IMG/VR virus record: IMGVR_UViG_3300039308_000035
Origin: a virus
Taxonomy: Duplodnaviria; Caudoviricetes
Strand: one strand, 5' to 3'
DNA: 61,081 nucleotides
In this document: positions 9,101 through 18,100 of the stretch, piece after piece
Position numbering within the stretch: the first letter of the stretch is position 1
Layout: every line of letters starts with the position of its first letter
Position numbers and translations under genes: made by a program
Notes under the pieces: generated by a model
The model's database searches: none
Told to the model about the DNA's origin: nothing
The model's input: the letters and a program-made list of their open reading frames with translations, nothing else

Positions 9101-11259
9101 TCATTTGCCTGCTTTTCACCGTTAGTGGAAAGCTTTGGAATCAAAGAACCAACTGCGTTGCCTACTGCACCAATTCCACCTGATGCCAGTCCCAACATTG
9201 CCTTGATTGGTGCAGGCAGGTTGTCATACTCTTTGCGAACCTTATTAATCTGCTCAATAATGACATCCACCCAATCTGCAGCAGGGGGTTTAGCTGGCAC
9301 AAGCTTATTGAGGTCAGGTGCATTGCCTGCTGCTTCTGCCAGGTCTGCGATCGATTTGTCTAGGGATTGAATTGAGGCGCGGGCGTCGGTGGCTCCGTCT
9401 TTGATCCTGTCTACAATTCTGTAGAAGACTAATGTGGCTACATAAGCAAGAGCAATTTGGGCAGCAAACACCCCAACTGTTTTTACTGTTGAGGCAAGCT
9501 GCGATTGAAAAAGCTTGATGTTTTCTGCTGACTTAAAGAAGGCAGCAGCGGCATCATAGGCAGCAAAAGCGGCTCTACCCACTGCTGCAACTAAGATTGC
9601 GTCGATCGACGTACTAAGCAGCTCTTCATTATCCGCAGCAAACTGGAGAGCCGCAGCAAATGTATTGAGTGCAGGCGTCCCTACTTCTACCCAAGTTTTA
9701 CCCATCGCAATCTGGAGATTGCCCAACGCATTTTCAAAGCGATTGGTGGCTGCTTCAGCCGAGTTCATTGCCTTGACAACGCCCGATTCTGTAAAGACCT
9801 TTAGCTGTTGAGCAAACCCAGCCAAGAAAGACTTAGAGTCAACCGTTCCAGTCGAGATCAGTCCTTTCAGTTCGGATGTTGTAACTCCCAATGCTGCCGC
9901 CGCTGCCTGGAATGTGCCTGGAACCCGCTCAGCAATCTGGTTTAGCTCTTCAAGCTGCACATTCCCAGAGCTTAAAATTTGCTGCAATGCCAGGAAAACG
10001 CCCTGTGTGTCGGCAGCGTTCAGTCCCATAACGGAAGCAGACTGAGAGACACCTGCAAAGATATCCTTTGTCTCCGATGCCGTCAGGTTTGCCATCGATG
10101 CAGCAGTGGAAAATTGCACAAATCCCGCAGCAGTTGCATCAAAGTTCAAACCTAAGTCGTTTGTGGTTTTAGACAGGTAGGCAAGATCCTCGCGCGCTCC
10201 CCCTGCTGACTTAGAAACGACTTGCAATTGATTGTTGAGAGTTTGAGCGGATTTGGCAGCGTTGAAGTTCTGCTCTAAATCACCAAAAAATCCATCAACA
10301 ATTTCAGAAGCATCTTGCCAAATACTGAACAACTGAGCTGCTTCAGCAAGTCCTTCAATAGCACGTTTAGCCGATTCTGCTGCTGATAACTGCCTTTCGA
10401 GTTTGTCATCAAACTCCGAAACCGCTTCACCTGCTTGCCTGATACTCTGTCCCGCTTCTTCTGCCGCACCAGCAATGCGATCGGCTCCAGAAGCAGCAGC
10501 AGTGGCAGCATCTTCAATCTTTTGTAAGTCGGCAATATATTCACCTAGCCAACTTTGCCCCATTTTGAACTCAATGCCCATATCTTTCGCAGCTTTGCGA
10601 ACTTGGGCAAATTCAGGGCTAAGCTGGGCAAGGGTTTCTAGTAAGGCATCGATCGAGTTGTCGATCAGCTCAACAACGGTCTGGAGAATATTGCCTGCAA
10701 ATTGGGCATTTTTGGCGATCGAGCGGAAGAAGTCTCCGACCAGGTTGATGTTGGCGGCAAACTGGTCAAGAACTGAGTCGATCGACTCAAAACCTGCCTC
10801 AATGCCTTTCAGGATAGGCTGAGCCAGTTTTGCGGCATTCATGCCAGCCGTCAAAATTTGGAATGCACCCTCTAGTTGGGAAAGCCCAGTTTTGTTGAGC
10901 GCTTCGCTCTGAAAGCCTGCCAAGATTGGGTTTTCAAACAGGTCATTGCCTAAAAATTGGGCAATTTGCCCCAGTTGCAATAGAGCAATGTCACCCAGAT
11001 CTTGAAATGAATTAGTGAGGTTACGGGTTAGCGACTCGCTGACAGACAACCCATTGTTCATCTCGTCAATGTCGCCAATCAGCCCGACAATCGTGCCTCT
11101 GACAATGCGGAACCCGGCAGCGTTAATTGTGTCGCCGCTGAAGAGATTGGTGATAGCTAATGCTGTTGTTTGCGACTCCTGACGGACTTTGCCCAACTCC
11201 TGACGAAGTTGAGACGAGTTGGCAGACAAAACAAGATCCAGGGTTCCAGCAGTGGGCAT
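6106..11259 (-). CDS. Tail tape measure protein
   Basis: 1717 aa, Ala/Gln-rich coiled coil; tape-measure motif LQQILSSGNVQLEELNQIAERVPG; downstream of the tail chaperones. Confidence 0.92.
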   Translation of the reverse strand: MPTAGTLDLVLSANSSQLRQELGKVRQESQTTALAITNLFSGDTINAAGFRIVRGTIVGLIGDIDEMNNGLSVSESLTRNLTNSFQDLGDIALLQLGQIAQFLGNDLFENPILAGFQSEALNKTGLSQLEGAFQILTAGMNAAKLAQPILKGIEAGFESIDSVLDQFAANINLVGDFFRSIAKNAQFAGNILQTVVELIDNSIDALLETLAQLSPEFAQVRKAAKDMGIEFKMGQSWLGEYIADLQKIEDAATAAASGADRIAGAAEEAGQSIRQAGEAVSEFDDKLERQLSAAESAKRAIEGLAEAAQLFSIWQDASEIVDGFFGDLEQNFNAAKSAQTLNNQLQVVSKSAGGAREDLAYLSKTTNDLGLNFDATAAGFVQFSTAASMANLTASETKDIFAGVSQSASVMGLNAADTQGVFLALQQILSSGNVQLEELNQIAERVPGTFQAAAAALGVTTSELKGLISTGTVDSKSFLAGFAQQLKVFTESGVVKAMNSAEAATNRFENALGNLQIAMGKTWVEVGTPALNTFAAALQFAADNEELLSTSIDAILVAAVGRAAFAAYDAAAAFFKSAENIKLFQSQLASTVKTVGVFAAQIALAYVATLVFYRIVDRIKDGATDARASIQSLDKSIADLAEAAGNAPDLNKLVPAKPPAADWVDVIIEQINKVRKEYDNLPAPIKAMLGLASGGIGAVGNAVGSLIPKLSTNGEKQANDQLAALQDFSDRVQGITQKSAEFRVDPNNAINGLKQIDAQLKQIEQRKLGLDPKDAKAVAAIRAEENALLADRSKAQKEVLAYQSALNNSLAQAKQNLQNLDPGKLGMDTYKSLKAGYENQIAAIEQEKTALDGLANKAVTTNETIATSYKKSNQEIESSYSDKQIQITEALAKGQITEEQARQQSLDAEQAYLQQKLKLNQDSIAKIKTELERNAKLKAIDPNSATLSADQEKELQTQLQQLELETAQTRIKSAQNVTTAKQQANDQQISDLQKANQEAEAATQRSENARIQAIKQRQLEGKISEEEAAKQIAAVQQSSTNQEITQQQSRLKQVQQLLQQGVISKEDAAQQESEIQDKLSQLNLQKIDEELQAQKDANQDKIKDFEQSAEAQKNAITSAQNDRIIAVKAAQAAGVLGEKEAAEQIAAIQRETIGSQIEQKQQEIAGVKQLRAQGVLDEEEANKRLATLGADLQQLKIQQIDAEVAARKQALNDIENATKEAETAIANSQNTRIAAVKQAQLSGVLGEKEAAQQIEQIQLESANQTIAAKQNELAQIRDARAAGTISAQEAADKEKALIQELGQLNLDRLDKEIQAQQTARDAAVKAIEDQYSALESKIKTTSELLDLQKNSYQSQSDLLTAQSDLQESLNTLAAERLNTQIAIAEASGNQNEVERLKQQSLDLQGNQLEQQLETQRQQLDLQEKIKAIELEKEQIQSRINVLEAEAALKQAEARNASAQEISALQQVLDLRKQQVEAVNQSIAQQDQLNQLARQNLAAQQQISREKQAQQQVEAEAQRQQARSTSSSSSSSSSDKPASNEQVTTDPNHSGVEYHNYSTTGFQGADYDGPADRDYSPDRDKPLRSAADHTTQLDRLKAQYANFDPRSQYIGADGRVMSYRINASGISDLSRSSKSPSLNLKSPMSDIQAGGQSQQSSQAISTIAAGNKDLSSKLDILTAVFKQGLNRPNIYVGSAEDMQAATKAHNDISKNQLRSRGW

Positions 11260-11285
11260 GATTTAAGGCTCGATTGCGCTGCTGG

Positions 11286-11294
11286 AGAGTTCCC
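11286..11294 (-). promoter_or_regulatory. J-box-like late promoter element GGGAACTCT
   Basis: 27 nt upstream of the tape measure ATG. Confidence 0.65.
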
Positions 11295-11301
11295 TTTGTA
11301 C

Positions 11302-11679
11302 TTAAATCTGATTTAAGTTGCGCTCATACGCCTTCAAATAAAATCCCTGAATATCGAAATCCTGAGCTGCGATCGTTGTCCAGGGTCGTCCAGCGATCGT
11401 CTTCCCATTGCGAAGCGTGTAGCCTTCGTGAACGGCTGATGCATACTCTGTATTCCAGCTGAAAACCGCCTCTAGGGGATTCGTGAACACCACCTGCTGA
11501 GACGATCGCAGCTGCCCCAGGTCAACAATATCCCGGCTTCCCTTCCATCCATCCCACTGTCGCGGCTCGCTAATGACTCGCGTAAACTCACGCCCTAACT
11601 GAAACGCAGTTTCCTGAAATGCTCGCTCAGCAGCAGTGTTGATCTCATCAACCTTCAGCGACAGCTTGTAGTTGCTCAT
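11302..11679 (-). CDS. HK97 gp10-like tail/neck component
   Basis: Motifs VDLGQLRSS, EYASAVHEG, GRPW. Confidence 0.7.
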   Translation of the reverse strand: MSNYKLSLKVDEINTAAERAFQETAFQLGREFTRVISEPRQWDGWKGSRDIVDLGQLRSSQQVVFTNPLEAVFSWNTEYASAVHEGYTLRNGKTIAGRPWTTIAAQDFDIQGFYLKAYERNLNQI

Positions 11680-12058
11680 TGGGCAGCCGTCCTAATTAAT
11701 TTCATATCCACAATCTCGATCGCCCAAGCGGGAATCTTGCGCTCACGAGATAGCTTCAGGAATGTGCGAGCGATCGCCTGGTCCAGCGCCTCTTTTGCCT
11801 GCTGTTGGTAGAGATGCTTTGCATAAGGGTTAAAATCTTCTGGCTCAACATCTGCACCCTTTGTTCCAGCAATGAAACTGCCTACCAGAGCGGTCGATGT
11901 AGAGTGGCGGCTTGCTGCCTCTAACTCATGTTGTTCTAGGGTGTTCAACGCTTGCTCAATTTCGATTAGCAAGCAATCCCCAAACCGCTTTCTACTGAAC
12001 CGCTTTTCACCCGGATAGGCAAGCTTCAGCTTCCAGTAGATTTCGCTCCAGTCAATTT
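11676..12058 (-). CDS. Tail assembly chaperone, frameshifted C-terminal (T) segment
   Basis: The -1 frame after A AAA AAG reads EIDWSEIYWKLKLAYPGEKRF...LLIEIEQ, continuous with ORF 11676-11972. Confidence 0.75.
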
Positions 12059-12454
12059 CTTTTTTCCGTTTCCCGCTGCTTCACTAGTTTGTGGCTCATC
12101 AGTTCTCCAGCGACGCTGTTCACCGATAGCAAACATAAACAACCCATCAAGCATTTCCATGTCTGGTTCGATCGTCTGGGCTTCTCCATCGATCGTTACT
12201 TCCCATTCAGAAGCCTCTGTTTTTTCAATCGTCCAGGTTTTATCAATTCGCTTCAAAAGGATTGTCACAATTCGCTGCTTCAGATAAATATCTGCCTGCA
12301 ACTCTGTCATGTCTTTGGTTTTCTCGTCCAGTGTTGCAGACATATCTCGCATTGCGATCTCTTCTGAGACTGTCAGGCATCCACGTTTTGGAATAAGAAT
12401 GCCAGCAATTAGTTCAGACTCGGGCTGGGTATAGGTCTTAAAGGGAAGTGCCAT
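12026..12454 (-). CDS. Tail assembly chaperone (G)
   Basis: Between tail tube and tape measure; ends in GKK with slippery AAAAAAG at 12059-12065. Confidence 0.75.
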   Translation of the reverse strand: MALPFKTYTQPESELIAGILIPKRGCLTVSEEIAMRDMSATLDEKTKDMTELQADIYLKQRIVTILLKRIDKTWTIEKTEASEWEVTIDGEAQTIEPDMEMLDGLFMFAIGEQRRWRTDEPQTSEAAGNGKKKLTGAKSTGS

Positions 12455-12668
12455 AAATTAAAAGTTTGGTATCGTAGGCTGGATTGGACAAGGTATCAGG
12501 AATTTCTACTGTGGCGTGATGCTGAGCATCTGTCGTGTAAAGCTTGTGCAGCCCTGGTTCGCATTCGTCATGTAAGACCAAAATCCCAACCGTCATTTCA
12601 CCTGCCTCAATCGTGCAATGGCAGGCAAAAACAACGGGATTGGTCAGGGCTGCGATCGGCTCACTCAT
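12438..12668 (-). CDS. Small hypothetical protein
   Basis: 76 aa, coupled to the tail tube stop codon. Confidence 0.5.
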   Translation of the reverse strand: MSEPIAALTNPVVFACHCTIEAGEMTVGILVLHDECEPGLHKLYTTDAQHHATVEIPDTLSNPAYDTKLLIYGTSL

Positions 12669-13372
12669 TAGGCAACAGCAGCATCTAATACAAGATCAGG
12701 TTTGCCGTTGAAGGTCAGGCTGATATTTCCGGTAATCACACCATCTGCGCTGATTTCCAATGGCAAGTCAGTGATAGAAGCCTTGCCTTTGTAGATGCGT
12801 CCCTTACTGTAGGCTGCGCTGATTTTGGGCAGCTCCAGCCAGACGTAGGCTTCACGCAGTTCTGTGAAGAGGTGCTCAGCAGTAGCAAAGCCAGCATCTT
12901 GAGGCACCCAGTTTCCAGGTAGCTCAAGGGTTTGCTCGATCGAAGCTGTCAGGCCGGTGGAATAGCCGTCTGAGTCGAAGTCAACGGCGCTGACTCGATT
13001 GCCCGATCGCCCAATATTGGCAGCGGTACGCCCTGCAAGTCGAAGTGGATAGACCGCAACAGAGCCAGTTGCAATGTCTTCAGGAATCTCGGGGACAGTT
13101 AGCGTGGTGTCGCCTGTTTCTGCATCAGCACTTAACTGAACAAGCACTGATTTTCCGGTTGTTGGCGCAACAAATGCCAGGAAGGACCCAGCCGGAATGA
13201 GCACGTCTGCTCCCAATGCCGGGACTGTAATTGTTGCAGAGCCGTTAATGTCTTTAGCGGCTGGAGCTGCGAGCGTGATTGTAGTTGCTTTGGGTTCGAT
13301 AGAAGAGCCTTCAGGTAGCATCGCAATGCTGACCTTAGTGCCTCTGCCGATTACGAAAGATGTTTTAGCCAT
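12668..13372 (-). CDS. Major tail tube protein
   Basis: Position before the chaperones; C-terminus GRIYKGKASITDLPLEISADGVITGNISLTFNGKP typical of tail tubes; ATG at 13372. Confidence 0.75.
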   Translation of the reverse strand: MAKTSFVIGRGTKVSIAMLPEGSSIEPKATTITLAAPAAKDINGSATITVPALGADVLIPAGSFLAFVAPTTGKSVLVQLSADAETGDTTLTVPEIPEDIATGSVAVYPLRLAGRTAANIGRSGNRVSAVDFDSDGYSTGLTASIEQTLELPGNWVPQDAGFATAEHLFTELREAYVWLELPKISAAYSKGRIYKGKASITDLPLEISADGVITGNISLTFNGKPDLVLDAAVA

Positions 13373-13396
13373 CGATGGGTCTCTCAAATCTGGCTG

Positions 13397-13430
13397 AGAG
13401 TTCCCTCGGCATAATTTGTCCGGGAATCCT
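13397..13430. promoter_or_regulatory. Back-to-back J-box-like elements
   Basis: GGGAACTCT on minus (13397-13405, 25 nt before the tail tube) and GGGAATCCT on plus (13422-13430, 24 nt before ATG 13454). Confidence 0.65.
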
Positions 13431-13453
13431 AGACTCAGTTTCCGGTTTCCGCC

Positions 13454-14362
13454 ATGCAGCCAGATTTCACCGAATTCAATGACGACGATCGCCAGAAGTT
13501 AGACAAACATCGCGTCTTACGTCTGTCACAACTGCCTCTGTTTCACGGCACAAACATTGGCTTAATAGATGGCATTGTGCATATTTCTTGCTTGACGGCA
13601 GAAAGCGTCGATCGGCTGTTGGAAGAAAAGATTGATGTGAAGTGGTGGGTCTGGACGGTTGCTGGCTCTCAATGCATCATCATGTGGTTTGCAAATCAAC
13701 AAGTTTGGGGATGGGAACGGGGGACTGAAACTTTCCCAAAGGCTTCTTCTGGAGATGACAATTTGGAACCGTTCGAGGATGGTCATTTAGAATCATTACT
13801 ATCCACTGTCATCATTCCAGAGGAATCGGACATGACCGCCGCAACACTCGATCGCCCGCAAGCTCAGTCATCTACAGCGACTCAAACCCGAACCAAACTA
13901 AGCAAGCTGCTGCCAGGCGCGGCTCTGCGACACATTGCAGAAGACATGGAGCAAAGTGTAGATACAATTCGCGCATGGGTTCAGGAACACAATTATTTGA
14001 TTATCCTGTTCGGCGGTGAAGAGGTTATCCCTAATGATGTGGCATTGGAGGCATACGACCACTTCACGCGCATCATGCAAGAGAATCGTTTGCGGAAGCG
14101 TGGTTTGCTAACGGTTGCAGAACCACCGATTGAAGTGATGCCAGAGACAGCGCCGCAAACCAACGGGAAAGCATCTGAAGCGGCGATCGAGTCAGTTGAA
14201 GCTAAGCTCGAAACTGAGCCTGCTCCGACAAACACCAAGGCTACCCGAAAAACTACAGCAAAAACTGACTCAGACAAATCTCAGACCAAACCAAAAACTA
14301 CCAGCACAAGAGCGAAGGGTAGGACTTCTGCTAAAGCAAAACCAGCTAACACGGTTGAGTAG
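13454..14362 (+). CDS. Hypothetical protein with basic Lys/Thr-rich tail
   Basis: 302-aa ORF opposite to the structural operon; histone-H1-like C-terminus. Confidence 0.65.
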   Translation: MQPDFTEFNDDDRQKLDKHRVLRLSQLPLFHGTNIGLIDGIVHISCLTAESVDRLLEEKIDVKWWVWTVAGSQCIIMWFANQQVWGWERGTETFPKASSGDDNLEPFEDGHLESLLSTVIIPEESDMTAATLDRPQAQSSTATQTRTKLSKLLPGAALRHIAEDMEQSVDTIRAWVQEHNYLIILFGGEEVIPNDVALEAYDHFTRIMQENRLRKRGLLTVAEPPIEVMPETAPQTNGKASEAAIESVEAKLETEPAPTNTKATRKTTAKTDSDKSQTKPKTTSTRAKGRTSAKAKPANTVE

Positions 14363-14436
14363 CTTCTGTCAATGTGACAGTTCAGCTCAAAACGGCCTGG
14401 ACTAGATTTGGCATACATAGCCAATTGGTTATGAAA

Positions 14437-14498
14437 TGAAACCCTGATTTTCTCGTAAAGCCAACTGGCACACTCACAACGAGACGATCAGGGTTTCA
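14437..14498. terminator. Long hairpin between convergent genes
   Basis: TGAAACCCTGAT/ATCAGGGTTTCA plus inner TCTCGT/ACGAGA stem. Confidence 0.5.
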
Positions 14499-14545
14499 GC
14501 TTTTAAAATTCGTGCTTAGTTGCTTTATTACGCAAATAATCTGGA

Positions 14546-14968
14546 CTAATTTTCATTCCAGGTCAGCACCGTTTCACTAACTACGAAACTCAAAGTCTCA
14601 ATATTGTCAAGCCCTGCTAGTCGCATCTGCCGATTAACGCGATCGACCTTCAACTCTGCAAACTGACCGATCGTATCCATCACTGTATCCAGGTAGCCCA
14701 ATGCCGTTTTCTCAATGTCCCACTGTTTCAGGGCAATCAGATGAGCAAAGGTTTGCTGATAGCCATCCAGCACATATTTAACAGGGATGTCGATCGATGG
14801 CTGGATGACGATTTCCAATCCTGAAACTTTGGGTTCTTCTGGATATGGATTTGAACCATCTTCAATCCGAATTGCTGGAGTGGTTTGTCCGCCGCTGAAA
14901 GTGTAGCTGCCCAGTTCGTTGCTAAGTGCTTCTTGCAAGGTGTCCCGAATCTCTTCTGGTGTAATCAT
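14546..14968 (-). CDS. Putative tail terminator/completion protein
   Basis: 140 aa; size and position upstream of the tail tube. Confidence 0.5.
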   Translation of the reverse strand: MITPEEIRDTLQEALSNELGSYTFSGGQTTPAIRIEDGSNPYPEEPKVSGLEIVIQPSIDIPVKYVLDGYQQTFAHLIALKQWDIEKTALGYLDTVMDTIGQFAELKVDRVNRQMRLAGLDNIETLSFVVSETVLTWNEN

Positions 14969-15186
14969 TCCGCTTCCTCAACATCTTCTAGTGTTAGATC
15001 AATAAAGGTCATAGCAATCGGTTTACCTGCTTCGTTAAATTCGACTGCTTCAATTTTCATGGCTTCTTCCCTAGTGGTTGGAGTGCCATCTGCATCGCGA
15101 AAATAGCAGATCGCATAAGCCCCGCCATTCGGCAATGGCTCATCATCGGTTGCATCAATCCGTTCCGCTGTTGGTTGCTCGGTCAT
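14965..15186 (-). CDS. Small acidic protein, candidate immunity/partner of the MuF protein
   Basis: 73 aa, overlaps the MuF 3' end; PNGGAYAICYFRDADG motif. Confidence 0.55.
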   Translation of the reverse strand: MTEQPTAERIDATDDEPLPNGGAYAICYFRDADGTPTTREEAMKIEAVEFNEAGKPIAMTFIDLTLEDVEEAE

Positions 15187-18100
15187 GCTCCCTCGCTATC
15201 TGCTCAATATCTTTCATGATTCTGCGCTGCTGTGCCTCTAAGCGGTCAACCGCAATTCCTCGCTTCTGTCCTCGTTCTCTGGCTTCACGGCGTTTCTGAA
15301 TTTCAAGGTTCACTTCCGCCAACTCGTCCTTCAGAGTTTGCAAACGCCGTTGCCGCTGTTGATAATCCTGCGCTACCTGTTGGCGTTGCTGCTGTCTCGC
15401 TTCCTCTTCCTCTGTTGCCTGAACTTTGGCCGCAACCTGCTTAATCTTCAATAAATCTGCTATCGTCTCGCGCGCCTGGTCTAGCTCAGCCTTAATGTCT
15501 GCTGCTGTCCGTGCCTTGCCGTTGACTTCGTAGATTGTCGGTTCTGAGCGATCGCGCTCAATCCGCTTCTGCAAAGCATCAAGCACTGCCAGTGAATCTT
15601 CAATCTCACGAGCAATGGCGGTACGAGTTTGGGTTGTTTCAGTGGTGAACGCTTCTCTGGCCCTGCGATAGAGTTCAGCTTGGTCGATGATGGAGCGCGG
15701 ATCAACGCCTTCCTCATTTAATAGGAGCTGCACAAAGTTGCGGTTGAACTCTTCCAGCTCCGTCACCAGTTGGTTGCCATAGCGCATCACATCAACTGCT
15801 TTAATTTGGGATGGGTCTTTCAAAAGTTGCGCCAATTGCCGATCGCTCAACCTACCCTCGTCTGCTAAAGCATCACGAATTTGCTGCCATTGCTGAAGCT
15901 GCTGCTGTGCCTGTTCTAGGGTTTGCTGTTTGACTTGATCCGGATATTGCAGTCGTTGTTCAATCAGGTTTGCTCCGCCTTTAACCTGTGCAACAAGTGT
16001 TGTAATTTTCTCTGCCAACCTCTCAAGTCGTTCTGTGCGGCTCTTTCCTGGCTCTCTCGCCAACACGATCGCCAAGTCATCTGGCAAGTCAGATTCCCAA
16101 TTCCGGCGATCGACGAGCCATGCCACAGAGCCAGGTTGAAGTGTGGTCAAAATCTGGAGACGATCGCTCATCTCCTTCAACCTGTCCTCAACGATTGCCT
16201 GTACGTTATTAATCGCGTTCTGCTTCTGGCTGTTGTAGTTATCGGTAATCTGCTGAGTTTGCTGCGATTGTGCGGCAAGTCTATCTGTGAACTGTTGCCT
16301 TACTTCTCGATATTGCTCAACCTGTTGAGGTAGCTTACCTTGAGCCACGCGGGTTGACTTGATGACGTTGTATCTGGCTCTCTGGTCATCGCTCAGATCA
16401 TCTAGCTTGGCAGGCAAGCGAGACAGTCGAGCTTGTAGGTCTGTAAGCTTGCTTCGACTGCTTTTGACTCTTGACTCTAGATTCCCAAGACTTTCTGCCA
16501 GTGCCTCAATTTGCTGGATGCGTGGCTGTAATGCCTGACGGTGAAGGTCTGCAACGCTAACGCCTCCCTGTTGAGCATTAATGGCAGCTCGCAGTCTCAA
16601 CAGTTCTCGCAATGCCTGCGATCGTTCTGGAGATTGGGGCAAGCCTGCTAATTCCTGCTCTGCCTGGGATGCTGATTGCTGTAACTGGTTTACAGCCTCG
16701 GTAATTTTCTGCCCCTGGCTCGACAATTTCAGTGATTCCTTGCGAGTTGCTAGATCAGCCAGCGTTTGCTGCAGTTCACTCAGGTTTGCCCGCACTTTGG
16801 CAGCAGTGGTACCAATCTTCTCCAGGTCTTTCAGCTCTCGATCGACTGCCTTCAGTTGCCGATTGGTTTCCTTAATTCGGGCTGGAACCTCTGAGAAATA
16901 AGGCTTATTAAATGGATTTAGCAGTTGCGCTGACCGCTGCTCGAGTTCCTCAACTTGTCCCTCTATGCGGTTGATTGTTTCCTCTTGTGCCCGGCTGCGG
17001 CTGATACCATCCTCTGCTTGAACCACAATCTTGGGTTGGTTGATTCGCCCGATCGCCTGCTGAATCTTCTTCGGGCTGCGTTGCTGCTGGGCAATAGTTT
17101 CTGCCTGCTCTCGCTGCTGCTTGCTCTGCTCTGTCAGGTCAAAGTTTCGGTTCCTGAGATTGCTAATGATTTCTGGGCTGCGTGTATCTGGTTCGCGTGG
17201 GGGGAGTGGCTCTTCAGGGTGTCTGTAATTGAGCATCCGAGCAATGATTTCATAACGGGCTCGGTTGAATTTCTTAAGACGTTTTGAATCAACAAAAAAC
17301 TGAGCCACACTATCTGCAAAATCGGCAGCAGGTGAATCAAACCCATAAGTTGTGATCGGCCTGCCTTCCTCCATTGCTTTTGCATAGAGCGAGCCTTTAG
17401 GCGGGTCGAGCTGCCCCCACTGCTGATATGCATAGAGGTAAGCCATCTGGCGCAATGTGTCTTCCACCTTGCCTCTGCCACCGTGGAGGGTAACGCTCGC
17501 ATCTTCAAAATTAATCGTTGCCGGAACGGGGCCGACCGGCAGCTTCAAACGCTTGCGCCAGAACTCCTCAGAAGGAGATCTCTCTTTAACGATCGCAATA
17601 TTCTTAGTCGCTTGGAGCAGGTTATCTGGCAGATCCAGATCAACCAGTTTACGGATTAAATCTAAGCTTGATGAATTGGGTTTAAGCTCTGGAACGCTCC
17701 AGTTTAGACCCATAAAATTGAATGTTTGCCGTCCCGACTCCTTGCTGATAGCCGCCTTAATGTCTGGAACGATCGATTGGCTAAATTCTGTAGAGTCGCT
17801 CGCATCAAAGATCTTTGCCTGACTGTTATCAAATAAGATGGTTTCTCCATCTACGGAAATCGCATCATAACCCTGATTTTTTAAGAACTGCCTGCGCTTA
17901 TCATCCAAATCGGGGTTACGTTTTCTCGGTACTTTCGTCTTTGCAACTGCTTCCCGATTCAATTTGAAATATTCAATGTATGCATCAAAATCATCAAACA
18001 GCTTTGGATTCTTGATATCAACATACATCTTCAAATAAACAGGGTTGCCTGTGCGCTGCGTCAGAGTTGCAAAGTATCGCGCCTCTTCTATGTCGTTTGT

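Noticed and set aside
14280-14417. 45-aa hydrophobic minus-strand ORF as a type I toxin
   Set aside because: Its hydrophobicity is the expected antisense image of the Lys/Thr-rich tail of the 13454 gene; no RBS
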